Below, piece by piece: positions 54,027-62,795 of a stretch of DNA of 64,000 nt (positions are counted from its first letter, which is position 1; every line of letters begins with the position of its first letter). The notes below the pieces were generated by a model. The model was not told the origin of the DNA and searched no databases. It was given only the letters and a program-made list of their open reading frames with translations. The stretch is from an uncultured virus (IMG/VR IMGVR_UViG_3300010391_000110) (lineage: Duplodnaviria; Heunggongvirae; Uroviricota; Caudoviricetes): the IMG/VR virus record IMGVR_UViG_3300010391_000110. The stretch is one strand, 5' to 3'. Made by a program: the position numbers and the translations under genes.

Positions 54027-54986
54027 GTGAAAGATTCAGAGGTTCCCGTCCTCGTCGCCGGCGACGGCTGGGTCGGCCGCAGGGTCGCGGCGGCGTTCCC
54101 GGCCCCCTTCAGGGCCTTCCACATCGGGCGCGCCCAGTACGATCTCCGGAACGAGGCGGATGCCGCCCTCTCGATGCTCCTCGCGCGCCCGGCCATCGTC
54201 ATCGACGCCGTCGCGGACCTGTCGGACCCGGGGAACGCCTTCCGGACCACAATGGCGGCCGGGATGAATCTGGTCCACGCGTCGGCGGCCCAGCAGGCCA
54301 GGTTCGTCCACCTGGCGCCCGCCCACCTTTCCGCGCTCTACCCGTGGGAGAGCACCTCCATCATCTTGGCGCACTACCATGCCAAGGAAGCCCTCGGGCG
54401 CATGTGCCGGGCCTACGAGGAGCGGCACGTCCAGTTCGACTTCGCGGAGGTCCGGCTGCCCCGGCTCTACGGCCCGAACTCAGAGTGGCTCGACCCGATC
54501 ACGGTCGCGGTCGCATGGACGGTCAAGGCGAGCCGGGAGAGCGAGAAGGAATTGAAGCTCCCCTTCTTCAAGGGCGATACGTTTGAACTCCTGGACGTCT
54601 CCACGGCTGCACATGCGGTCGCGCGCGTGGCCACCAGGGCGCTTTCGACCGAGGAAGAGCAGATGGCCGGACGGGTGTTCGCCCTGGCGCCGAACCTCAC
54701 CATCGGCGCGGCCGAGCTCGCCTGCGTCGTGACGGAGCAACTCGGATTCAAGGGCCCGATCACGTTCTGCGGACGCGGCAAGGTGGACCTCTACCGCGGG
54801 TCGGGAGCGGACTTGGAAAGGCAGGTCGTCATCCGCTTGACCCCGAGAAAACCGGCCGAAGCCGTCCGCGAGGCGATCCTGGCGATGGGCGTGGCGATGC
54901 CGGTTGCGGTCGATCCAGTCCCGGCACCGCCCCCGCCGCGTGATCCGAAACCCGAGAAGGAGAAGAAGGAGAAGGTGGCGCCATGA
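54027..54986 (+). CDS. Degenerate NAD-dependent epimerase / GDP-fucose synthase paralog
   Basis: VAGDGWVG, YDLRNEAD, YHAKE and LYGP motifs. Confidence 0.65.
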   Translation: MKDSEVPVLVAGDGWVGRRVAAAFPAPFRAFHIGRAQYDLRNEADAALSMLLARPAIVIDAVADLSDPGNAFRTTMAAGMNLVHASAAQQARFVHLAPAHLSALYPWESTSIILAHYHAKEALGRMCRAYEERHVQFDFAEVRLPRLYGPNSEWLDPITVAVAWTVKASRESEKELKLPFFKGDTFELLDVSTAAHAVARVATRALSTEEEQMAGRVFALAPNLTIGAAELACVVTEQLGFKGPITFCGRGKVDLYRGSGADLERQVVIRLTPRKPAEAVREAILAMGVAMPVAVDPVPAPPPPRDPKPEKEKKEKVAP

Positions 54987-55552
54987 AGACGCTCATATTC
55001 GAGCGCCCCACGAAGGACGTGGACGGGCTTCTCGTGGAACTCAGGAAGATCGGGCCGGTGATCTCGGTGGCGTCGGATCCGAGGCGGACCTACGTCTACC
55101 TCCCCCAGGACGTCGCCCTCAACGTCAAGCCCGTGGTCAGGATCTGGGAGGACGTGCCCGAGATCAGGGTCGAGTCCATGAATCCGGCGGGCCCGGACGG
55201 CGCGTCGGTCGCGATGGCCGACGGAACCGACAGCCACTCCCTCCTCGTCCAGAAGACCACCTCCCAGGGGGAGTTGATCCAGGACGACATGAAGATCGTC
55301 GTGAGTTCCGAGTCCGCGGTGAAGATCACGCCCGCGAAAGGGCGGCTCGAGAAGGGCCTTCTTTCGGTCGCGGTCGGGCCGTCCGTCCAGGCCGGGGACG
55401 TCCTGCTCGAGGTCCGGGACGCCGCCGGACGCATGAAGGCGGCGTCGGTCAGGCTTCGATTCGTTGTGCCGGCCGAGACACCTCCTCCGGCCGCTCCCGA
55501 CGCGGTTTCCGAAGGCATGTGGCAGAAGCTCAAGCGGGTTCTCGGCTTCTAG
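54983..55552 (+). CDS. Ig-like (invasin/Big-1-like) domain protein
   Basis: MADGTDSHSLLV...beta-rich pattern. Confidence 0.45.
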   Translation: MKTLIFERPTKDVDGLLVELRKIGPVISVASDPRRTYVYLPQDVALNVKPVVRIWEDVPEIRVESMNPAGPDGASVAMADGTDSHSLLVQKTTSQGELIQDDMKIVVSSESAVKITPAKGRLEKGLLSVAVGPSVQAGDVLLEVRDAAGRMKAASVRLRFVVPAETPPPAAPDAVSEGMWQKLKRVLGF

Positions 55553-55560
55553 GGGTCCAG

Positions 55561-56508
55561 ATGACTTTCGGGTCAGGTTTCGGGAAGGATTGGCGGACGT
55601 CGCACCGGAAGCGCGTCGGCACCGCCAAGCCGGGGCAGGCGAACGCCAATATCATCCGTCCCATGACGAACCGGACTCCGTCCGTGCCCGCCAAGGCTGT
55701 CCGGCACGAACCCGGCCCGTCCGTTCAGGCGCCGGCCGTGCTCTACGATTCGAACGGTCCCGCGCTCCCGCCTCCTCAACTTGGCCCCGCCGTCTTCATC
55801 CCTGCCGTCCAGGGGGACGAACGGCCGCCCGGCCAGTTCAGCGTGGTGATCCTCTCGGCGAGCCCCGCCAACCTCAAGGCCTCCCTGCGCGGCCTGTTCA
55901 TGAACGAACCCGGCATGATGGGTCGGGTGATCGTGGTCGATGACGGAGCCAAGAAGGGGTTTGAGGATCTGCCTGGCGTGGTCTGGGTCGACGGCCAGAA
56001 ACCCTTCGTCTTCGCCCGGAATTCCAACATCGGGATCCGGAAGGCCGGGCAGCATGACGTCATCCTGCTGAACGACGATGCCGTGCTCCAGACTCCCGGC
56101 GGGTTCACACTCCTCGAGCAGGCCTGCCGTCTTCGTCCGGGCCTGGGCATCTGTTCGGCCGGCATCATGGGTCACGTAGGAAACCCGAATCAGGTCTCCC
56201 AAGGCACCCCGGGCGTCCGTCTTGAACTCCAAAAACTCGCCTTCGTCTGCGTCTACATCCCGCGTTCGGTGATCCACGAGATCGGGATGCTCGATGAACG
56301 CTTCGTCGGGTACGGCTATGAGGACGACGATTACTGCACGCGGGTGTCGCGGGCCGGCCTCTCGATGGGCGTCTTCGACGGGTGTTTCGTCGAGCACGAG
56401 TCCGTCCCCTCGACCTTCCGCGCCAAGCCGGATTACGCCCAGCTCATCACGGAGAACCGCCTGCGCTACGAGGAGAAGTGGCGCGATCCGTCAAAATCCG
56501 GACGCTGA
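55561..56508 (+). CDS. Glycosyltransferase family 2
   Basis: VIVVDDG, FARNSNIG, LLNDD and LDERFVGYGYEDDDY motifs. Confidence 0.9.
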   Translation: MTFGSGFGKDWRTSHRKRVGTAKPGQANANIIRPMTNRTPSVPAKAVRHEPGPSVQAPAVLYDSNGPALPPPQLGPAVFIPAVQGDERPPGQFSVVILSASPANLKASLRGLFMNEPGMMGRVIVVDDGAKKGFEDLPGVVWVDGQKPFVFARNSNIGIRKAGQHDVILLNDDAVLQTPGGFTLLEQACRLRPGLGICSAGIMGHVGNPNQVSQGTPGVRLELQKLAFVCVYIPRSVIHEIGMLDERFVGYGYEDDDYCTRVSRAGLSMGVFDGCFVEHESVPSTFRAKPDYAQLITENRLRYEEKWRDPSKSGR

Positions 56509-56516
56509 GGGGACGC

Positions 56517-57191
56517 ATGGTTGAAACCAAGTCAAGGGCGCTGACGGTCGTCGTCCTCTGCTACAACAAGATGCAGGAGAGCAAGCGCTTCATGGCCTCG
56601 CTCAAGAAGCAGGCCCGGCAGCCGGACCAGGTGGTCGTGGTCGACGACTGCTCGACGGATGCGCCGGCCTCGTACTACCGGGACGTCTTCAAGCCGTGGC
56701 CGCTCATCCGTCTGCCGGAGAATCGCGGACAGGGGAATGCCCGAAACGTGGGCGCCTCGTTCGCGAAGGGGGAGCTGATCATCTTCCTGGACGGCGACAT
56801 CGACATGCGGCCCGACATGCTTCAGAAGCTGGAAGGGGCCCTCAAGGCCAACCCCGACGCATCGATCGCCTATTCCCATTATGACAGGATCGGGACGAGG
56901 ACCGATCACGTCAGGGCCCTTCCGTGGAGTGCCCAGCGGCTGAAGGAGCAGAACTACGTCACCATGATGGCCATGGTCCGCCGGCAGGACCTCCCCCAGC
57001 CTCCGTTCGACGAGAGCCTTGAGCGGTACGAGGACTGGGACCTCTGGCTCACGATGTCCGAGGCCGGCAAGAAGGGCGTCATGGTCCCGGAGATCCTGTT
57101 CGGCGCCTATTACAAGACCGGAGATCTGTCCGGCACCGGAGAGTCCGGGTCTTGGTACGCGGCTGTCCGAAAGAAACATCGGTTGGGTTAG
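56517..57191 (+). CDS. Glycosyltransferase family 2
   Basis: VVVDDCSTD, ARNVG, FLDGD and EDWDLW motifs. Confidence 0.9.
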   Translation: MVETKSRALTVVVLCYNKMQESKRFMASLKKQARQPDQVVVVDDCSTDAPASYYRDVFKPWPLIRLPENRGQGNARNVGASFAKGELIIFLDGDIDMRPDMLQKLEGALKANPDASIAYSHYDRIGTRTDHVRALPWSAQRLKEQNYVTMMAMVRRQDLPQPPFDESLERYEDWDLWLTMSEAGKKGVMVPEILFGAYYKTGDLSGTGESGSWYAAVRKKHRLG

Positions 57192-57195
57192 GCCG

Positions 57196-57915
57196 ATGTT
57201 CCCGAGGACCTTCTTCGCCCCGTTCCAGAGGCGGTCTCCGAAACGGAGGCTGAGCGCCGTCGTCCTCTCCTACAACAAGGAGTGGGTGATCCGGCCGTTC
57301 TTCGCATCGCTGCAGAAGCAGACCCGGAAGCCGGACCAGGTCGTCGTCGTTGATGACGCGTCAACCGACAGGACCTCCGAGGTCCTGGTGAAGGAATTCC
57401 ACCAATACCAGATAATCCGGCTGCCAGAAAACAGGGGGCAATCGGCGGCGAGGAACGTCGGATTCCACGCAACGAGCGGCGACTACATCATCTTCCTGGA
57501 CGGCGACATCATCATGAAGCCGGACATGCTGGCCGCGATGGAGCGCGTGCTCGAGAACGTGCCAAACGCCAGCATCGCCTACTGCCACTACGACCGATCC
57601 GGGTCAAGGCGGGATCATGTCCGGTCGTTCCCGTGGGACGCTGACCGGCTGAAGCGTGAGAACTACATCTCCATGGTCAGCATGATCCGGAGAAAGGACA
57701 TGCCGAGCCCGCCGCTCGACGAAAGCCTTCGGCGGTACGAGGACTGGGACCTCTGGATCCGGATGATGAAGGCAGGGAAGCGCGGCGCACTCGTCGATCA
57801 GGTCCTCTTCGTCGCGCGCTATCAGCCGGATGACCTGTCCGGATCCGGAGAATCCATTCAGTGGCGGGAGATCGTGGAGCAGAAGCACGGTCTTCCGTCA
57901 TGGAAAGAAGGATAG
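57196..57915 (+). CDS. Glycosyltransferase family 2 (close paralog of 56517..57191)
   Basis: VVVDDASTD, ARNVG, FLDGD and EDWDLW motifs. Confidence 0.9.
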   Translation: MFPRTFFAPFQRRSPKRRLSAVVLSYNKEWVIRPFFASLQKQTRKPDQVVVVDDASTDRTSEVLVKEFHQYQIIRLPENRGQSAARNVGFHATSGDYIIFLDGDIIMKPDMLAAMERVLENVPNASIAYCHYDRSGSRRDHVRSFPWDADRLKRENYISMVSMIRRKDMPSPPLDESLRRYEDWDLWIRMMKAGKRGALVDQVLFVARYQPDDLSGSGESIQWREIVEQKHGLPSWKEG

Positions 57916-57928
57916 GACGGAGGAAGGC

Positions 57929-58879
57929 ATGGGCGCTCTCTCGGGTATGCGGATCATGGTGACCGGGGCTTCCGGTTTCCTCGGTAGGCACGTCGTGGAG
58001 GCCCTGGCCGGCATCGGGGCGGAGGTCGTTCCGGTGAGCCGGAGGACCGGGTACGACCTTCGGAACGAAGGGGACGCCCTGTCCGCCATGCTCGTCTCCC
58101 GTCCGGACATCGTGGTTCATTTGGCTGCCACCGTCGGCGGCATCGGGGCGAACATGGCGTCTCCAGCCGTCTTCTTCCGGGACAACATGGCGATGGGCAT
58201 GAACATGATCGAGGCCGCCGTGAAGCAGAGGGCGCGCCTAGTCATGCTCGGGACGGTCTGCAGTTACCCGAAGGACTGTCCGATCCCGTTCAAGGAGGAA
58301 TCCTACTGGGAGGGGTATCCGGAACCGACCAACGCGCCCTACGGGATCGCCAAGAAGGCCCTGCACGTCATGTGCAAGGCCTACAGGGACCAGTATGGCC
58401 TGACCTATTCGTATCTCGTCCCCTGCAACCTCTACGGGCCTGGAGACAACTTCAACGACCAGGCGTCGCACGTCATCCCGGCCATGATCAAGCGCTTCGT
58501 GGAAGCCCGGGAACAGAAGCGCGAACAGGTTCATTGCTGGGGCACCGGGAAGGCCACGCGATCCTTCCTCTACGCTCCAGATGCCGCCAAGGCGATCGCT
58601 TCGGCCTGCGCCACACCGATGACCCATGAGGGCGTCATCAATCTTCCCGGGACGGAAGAGATCGCCATGAGCGCGTTGGCCGCCATGGTCGCCGATGCGT
58701 GCAGGTACACGGGCCGGATCGAATGGGACGCCCACCGCCCCGACGGGCAACCCAGGCGAATGGTGGACGGCGAACTCGCTGGGAAGGTGCTCGGCTGGCG
58801 GCCGGAGACCTCGTTCAAGGACGGCCTACGGGCGACGGTGGCCTGGTTCGAACAGACCGTCGGGGCGATGAAAGCGTGA
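57929..58879 (+). CDS. fcl: GDP-L-fucose synthase
   Basis: TGASGFLG, HLAATVGGIGAN, GTVCSYPK, YGIAK, NLYGPGDNF, SHVIPA and PDGQPRR motifs. Confidence 0.93.
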   Translation: MGALSGMRIMVTGASGFLGRHVVEALAGIGAEVVPVSRRTGYDLRNEGDALSAMLVSRPDIVVHLAATVGGIGANMASPAVFFRDNMAMGMNMIEAAVKQRARLVMLGTVCSYPKDCPIPFKEESYWEGYPEPTNAPYGIAKKALHVMCKAYRDQYGLTYSYLVPCNLYGPGDNFNDQASHVIPAMIKRFVEAREQKREQVHCWGTGKATRSFLYAPDAAKAIASACATPMTHEGVINLPGTEEIAMSALAAMVADACRYTGRIEWDAHRPDGQPRRMVDGELAGKVLGWRPETSFKDGLRATVAWFEQTVGAMKA

Positions 58880-59781
58880 ACCACGTCGACTTCCTGGCGC
58901 TCTCCCAGTGGCATGGCGATCTTCCGAGAGAGCGCCAGGACGCGTTCAAGGCGCTGCATCCCTCGCAACTGGGGGACCGCCTGCTTCCGGGGTCCCATGG
59001 GAGCGGCCTGTACGAGAACCTCGTCGCGGCGGGCCGGCGGTTCGGGGAACTTGCCGCATCGGGCTCCCCCTTCTACCTCGCCAGGGTCGGCGATTGCGAG
59101 AACGCGGTTTTATCCTGCGGATATTTCCCGCACACGGGACATTCGCTTCCACCTCATGCCTTCCATGCGTGCGGGTTTGGGAAAAACGTCCTCTCCGCGT
59201 ATCGCGGGGAACTGATCGAGGCCTTCCGGAACGCCCACCTGCTGGGGGTTCAGCAGAACTGGCGGCCTTGGACGCTCAACACCGTGGGCATCTTCCACAT
59301 GCTCGGACTCCCGGTGTCCCATCCGAACGCGGTCGAGGTCCACCTGCCCTACCAGATGCTGGTGGATGGAACGCTCTTCGGATATCTGCAGGGCAAGCGG
59401 ATCGTCCTGGTGGGGGCGCTGGCGCCCGCCCTTGCCCAGGCGTGGGTGAGGACGGAGTTCATCTCCGCTCACCTCCGGTTCGGGCCGCTCAACTGGGTCA
59501 AGTCCATCCAGGCAGTCCCGCTCCGTGGGCGGGATTTCGGGGGTGGGGCCCAGAACGACATAGATGCGGCCTCGGAGACGCTGTCCAAGATGAACTTCGA
59601 TGTGGCGCTCATCGCCGCCGCCGTCCCAGCCAAGATCATTGCATACAGGGTCTGGAAGATGGGCCGCGTTGCGCTGGACGTCGGCTTCGTCTTCGACGCG
59701 CTCCTCGGGATGAATCCAAGTGAACGCGCGGTGAGGCCCTGCTTTCGCGACGTTCAGAAGTGGCCGGAAAAGACATGGTGA
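58876..59781 (+). CDS. GT-D-fold (DUF1792-like) glycosyltransferase
   Basis: LARVGDCE, FDVALIAAAVPAK and ALDVG motifs. Confidence 0.7.
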   Translation: MNHVDFLALSQWHGDLPRERQDAFKALHPSQLGDRLLPGSHGSGLYENLVAAGRRFGELAASGSPFYLARVGDCENAVLSCGYFPHTGHSLPPHAFHACGFGKNVLSAYRGELIEAFRNAHLLGVQQNWRPWTLNTVGIFHMLGLPVSHPNAVEVHLPYQMLVDGTLFGYLQGKRIVLVGALAPALAQAWVRTEFISAHLRFGPLNWVKSIQAVPLRGRDFGGGAQNDIDAASETLSKMNFDVALIAAAVPAKIIAYRVWKMGRVALDVGFVFDALLGMNPSERAVRPCFRDVQKWPEKTW

Positions 59782-60617
59782 TCCGAGAACTCTTCCATTG
59801 CCGCTTTGACATTGTCGGACAACCTGTGCTTGACGGCCGCCTTCTCGAACATCCTGCCCCCGAACCCGCGCAGCAGGCCCCTGTCTGCAGCCAGCGCCGC
59901 CATGGTTTCTGCCGCAAGGCGCCCGTGAGGGGCGGCGATGAAATCGACTCCGGGCTCGTAGGGGAACGGATCCTCGCAGGTTTCGGAAACGACCGGAAGC
60001 CGGTAGGCCGCGGCCAACGCAAACCTGAGCGGCTCGAAGTACGGATCCCCGTCCTGGTGGATGTTGAGCAGGAGCGATGCGCCGAGGAGCCTCCGGTGTC
60101 TCTCATTACCGAATGCGTTCTGTCCGATCGAGCACCGGAGCGCGCCCACCACGGCGTCCCTTCTCGGGTTCATCCAGGCCATGAGGCAGACGTCGTTCGG
60201 TTCCGGGGCTCCAGCCCCTTCCGCAAGCCGTTCGTCGCTTCCGACCGGGACGAAACGGAACTGTTCCGAGTGCGGCCTGAGCTTGGAGTAGAGCGCTCGG
60301 TCGGATACCCAGACCTCGTCCACTCCGGTGGACAGGAGGTTGTGGGCGATCCACCGGAATTCGGCGCCTCCGAAAAGGACCGCGCGCTCGAGGAACCACC
60401 AGACCACTCCGCAGTGCCGTCCCGGAGCGCCGGCAAGCGCGGAGATGGCGGCGCGCTCCTCACCGCTCCAGACCGGGGACACGATGTAGGTGCAGGTCCG
60501 ACCTGGAGCCGTAGCGGAAAGCGGGCACGACTCGAATCCTCCGACCCTGACCAGGCTCCGGTAGTCCGTATACGACGGGAACTGGACGTCGGAATGCGCG
60601 AACACGATTTCCCGCAT
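59754..60617 (-). CDS. GT-B-like glycosyltransferase
   Basis: LLLNIHQD..YFEPLRF...PVVSE; inverted relative to the cluster. Confidence 0.65.
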   Translation of the reverse strand: MREIVFAHSDVQFPSYTDYRSLVRVGGFESCPLSATAPGRTCTYIVSPVWSGEERAAISALAGAPGRHCGVVWWFLERAVLFGGAEFRWIAHNLLSTGVDEVWVSDRALYSKLRPHSEQFRFVPVGSDERLAEGAGAPEPNDVCLMAWMNPRRDAVVGALRCSIGQNAFGNERHRRLLGASLLLNIHQDGDPYFEPLRFALAAAYRLPVVSETCEDPFPYEPGVDFIAAPHGRLAAETMAALAADRGLLRGFGGRMFEKAAVKHRLSDNVKAAMEEFSDHHVFSGHF

Positions 60618-60649
60618 CGGACCTCGAGCATAGCCGGAATAGCCTGAAG

Positions 60650-61285
60650 ATGGAACTGGTCAACGTCGTGACGGCGCTTTCACGGCCCGAAAACATCCCG
60701 GTCATCCTGGAGGGGATGGAGGAGGCCGTGGAATGGTCCGACGTGGAGGTCCTCTGGGTCATCGTCCTGGATGCACACCGGAGACTTCCGCCCAAGGTAC
60801 TCGACCGGCTCGATCGCGCGCGCGGAGTCAGGGTCCTCAAGGCCGCGTATCCAGGCTGGCCGGCGCGGTACGGGATCCCGCAGAAGAACATGGGGATCGA
60901 CCTGTGCCGGAATGGATTCCTGTACATCCTCGACGACGACAACATCGTCCACCCGGACCTGTTCCGGGAGCTCGGGGATGCCTTCAAACGGCATCCTGGA
61001 AAGCTGGCGTTTGCCTTCGGCCAGCGCCGGTGGGATCGCTATGGGGACATGATGCCTGCACCGGAAAGGATGGGCATCGGAAAGATCGACAATTCGATGT
61101 TCGTGGTCCACACGAGGCTCGTCGGATCGGAGAGATACAACGGGAATCTAGCCGGCTGGGAGGACTACTACTTCTTCAAGGGGTTGCACGACGCTCACCC
61201 GGACGCGTTCGTAATCCTTGGCCGATATCTGGCCTATTACAACTACCTCTCCCACCACCCTTGGCGCACGGGAGGGTCCGCATGA
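60650..61285 (+). CDS. GT-A glycosyltransferase
   Basis: VVTALSRPEN, ILDDDN and IDNSMF motifs. Confidence 0.75.
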   Translation: MELVNVVTALSRPENIPVILEGMEEAVEWSDVEVLWVIVLDAHRRLPPKVLDRLDRARGVRVLKAAYPGWPARYGIPQKNMGIDLCRNGFLYILDDDNIVHPDLFRELGDAFKRHPGKLAFAFGQRRWDRYGDMMPAPERMGIGKIDNSMFVVHTRLVGSERYNGNLAGWEDYYFFKGLHDAHPDAFVILGRYLAYYNYLSHHPWRTGGSA

Positions 61286-62043
61286 TCGCGTTCCCGGAGC
61301 TCATCAAATGGGGTCGCCTCGGGAACCATCTTTTCGAGATGGCGACCACGATCGCCCTGGCTAAGGACCACGATGACGAGTTCGGGTTCAACAGGTCCTG
61401 GAACGGGAGCCCGTGGTCGTACTTCGACAGGTTCCCAATCGGAAAGTTGCCATGCTTCCACGACCAGGTCCCTCCGGGGCCGGAATATCGCGAGCCGGTG
61501 TTCCACTACACGCCCATCCCGTACCAGAAGGACCTGCGCCTGTACGGGTACTTCTTCAGCCCGAAGTACTTTCAGCACCGCGCGGACCTGATCAGATCCC
61601 TGCTGACCCCGTATGGAGTGCCGGATCGCTCGGCCTATAAGAACGTCTGCAGCGTCCATGTCCGGCGTGGGGATTACGTCCACCTTCAGGACCAGCATCC
61701 GGTCCTTCCGATCCGGTATTACGAGACGGCCACGAACATGATGGCCCAGAAGTACGGGGTCGGCCATTTCATCGTCTTCTCGGACGACTCTGCGTGGTGC
61801 AGGGGCGTCTTCGGGAAGAACTTCGAGATTGCGCACGATGCCCAGGACACCCGGCACCTGGCCACCATGATCGCCTGCGAGCATCACATCGTTGCCAACT
61901 CGACGTTTTCCTGGTGGGGGGCGTGGCTGAATCCAGCTCCCGGGGCGATCGTCCGCCCGTCCAAATGGTTTGGCCCTGCCTACAGCCACGACGAGAAAGA
62001 CCTCTGGCCGGAGTCGTGGATCCCGGTGGACTGCAAGCCGTGA
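61282..62043 (+). CDS. Alpha-1,2-fucosyltransferase (GT11)
   Basis: GRLGNHLF, LYGYF, VHVRRGDY, FSDD and ANSTFSWWGAWL motifs. Confidence 0.92.
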   Translation: MIAFPELIKWGRLGNHLFEMATTIALAKDHDDEFGFNRSWNGSPWSYFDRFPIGKLPCFHDQVPPGPEYREPVFHYTPIPYQKDLRLYGYFFSPKYFQHRADLIRSLLTPYGVPDRSAYKNVCSVHVRRGDYVHLQDQHPVLPIRYYETATNMMAQKYGVGHFIVFSDDSAWCRGVFGKNFEIAHDAQDTRHLATMIACEHHIVANSTFSWWGAWLNPAPGAIVRPSKWFGPAYSHDEKDLWPESWIPVDCKP

Positions 62044-62795
62044 TCACATTCCCCGACCTCGGGAGAAGGGGGCGTCTTGGAAACCAGCTGTTCCAGATGG
62101 CGGCGACGATCGCGACCGCCACCGAACATGGAGACCTCTTCGGGTTCCCTGAGTGGCCGTATGCCCAGGAGTTCCCCATCTCAGGATGCTTCTACGACAG
62201 GCTTCCCAAAGGCCCGGAACACAGGGATTTCAGCCCGGGGTACAGGCCGATCCCTTACGCCGGCGGATTGCGCCTGTACGGGTACTTCGCCAGCGAGAAG
62301 TTCTTCGCGAAATCGGCAGTCCTGGTCCGTAAGCTGCTGACTCCGAAAAAAGCCGCCCAGGGCGGGGATTACGGGAGATCGGCCAGCGTGCATGTGCGCC
62401 GGACGGACTACGTGGGGCACCCACAATACGCGCAACTCGGGATCGGATACTACGCGAGAGCCATGGAGTTCATGAGGGCGAACAGGGATATCGACCGGTT
62501 CACGCTCCTGTCTGACGACCCGGAATGGTGCGGGAAGGCGTTCTCTGGGTTCAAGGACATCGAAATCGTCGAACCCCTGCATGATTCGTGGCATCTCGCA
62601 ATCATGGCGTCGTGCGCCCACCATGTGATCGCCAACTCGACGTTCTCCTGGTGGGGGGCGTGGTTGAATCCTTCCACGGAAAAACTTGTAATCGCTCCGA
62701 GTCGATGGTTTGGGGCGGGCTCAAGCCCCCCGCAGCCGGACGCATCGGACCTGTACCCTGAAGGCTGGTTGCTCGAATCCGTGGAGGAACCGTGA
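62040..62795 (+). CDS. Alpha-1,2-fucosyltransferase (GT11), second copy
   Basis: GRLGNQLFQ, VHVRRTDY and ANSTFSWWGAWL motifs. Confidence 0.92.
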   Translation: MITFPDLGRRGRLGNQLFQMAATIATATEHGDLFGFPEWPYAQEFPISGCFYDRLPKGPEHRDFSPGYRPIPYAGGLRLYGYFASEKFFAKSAVLVRKLLTPKKAAQGGDYGRSASVHVRRTDYVGHPQYAQLGIGYYARAMEFMRANRDIDRFTLLSDDPEWCGKAFSGFKDIEIVEPLHDSWHLAIMASCAHHVIANSTFSWWGAWLNPSTEKLVIAPSRWFGAGSSPPQPDASDLYPEGWLLESVEEP

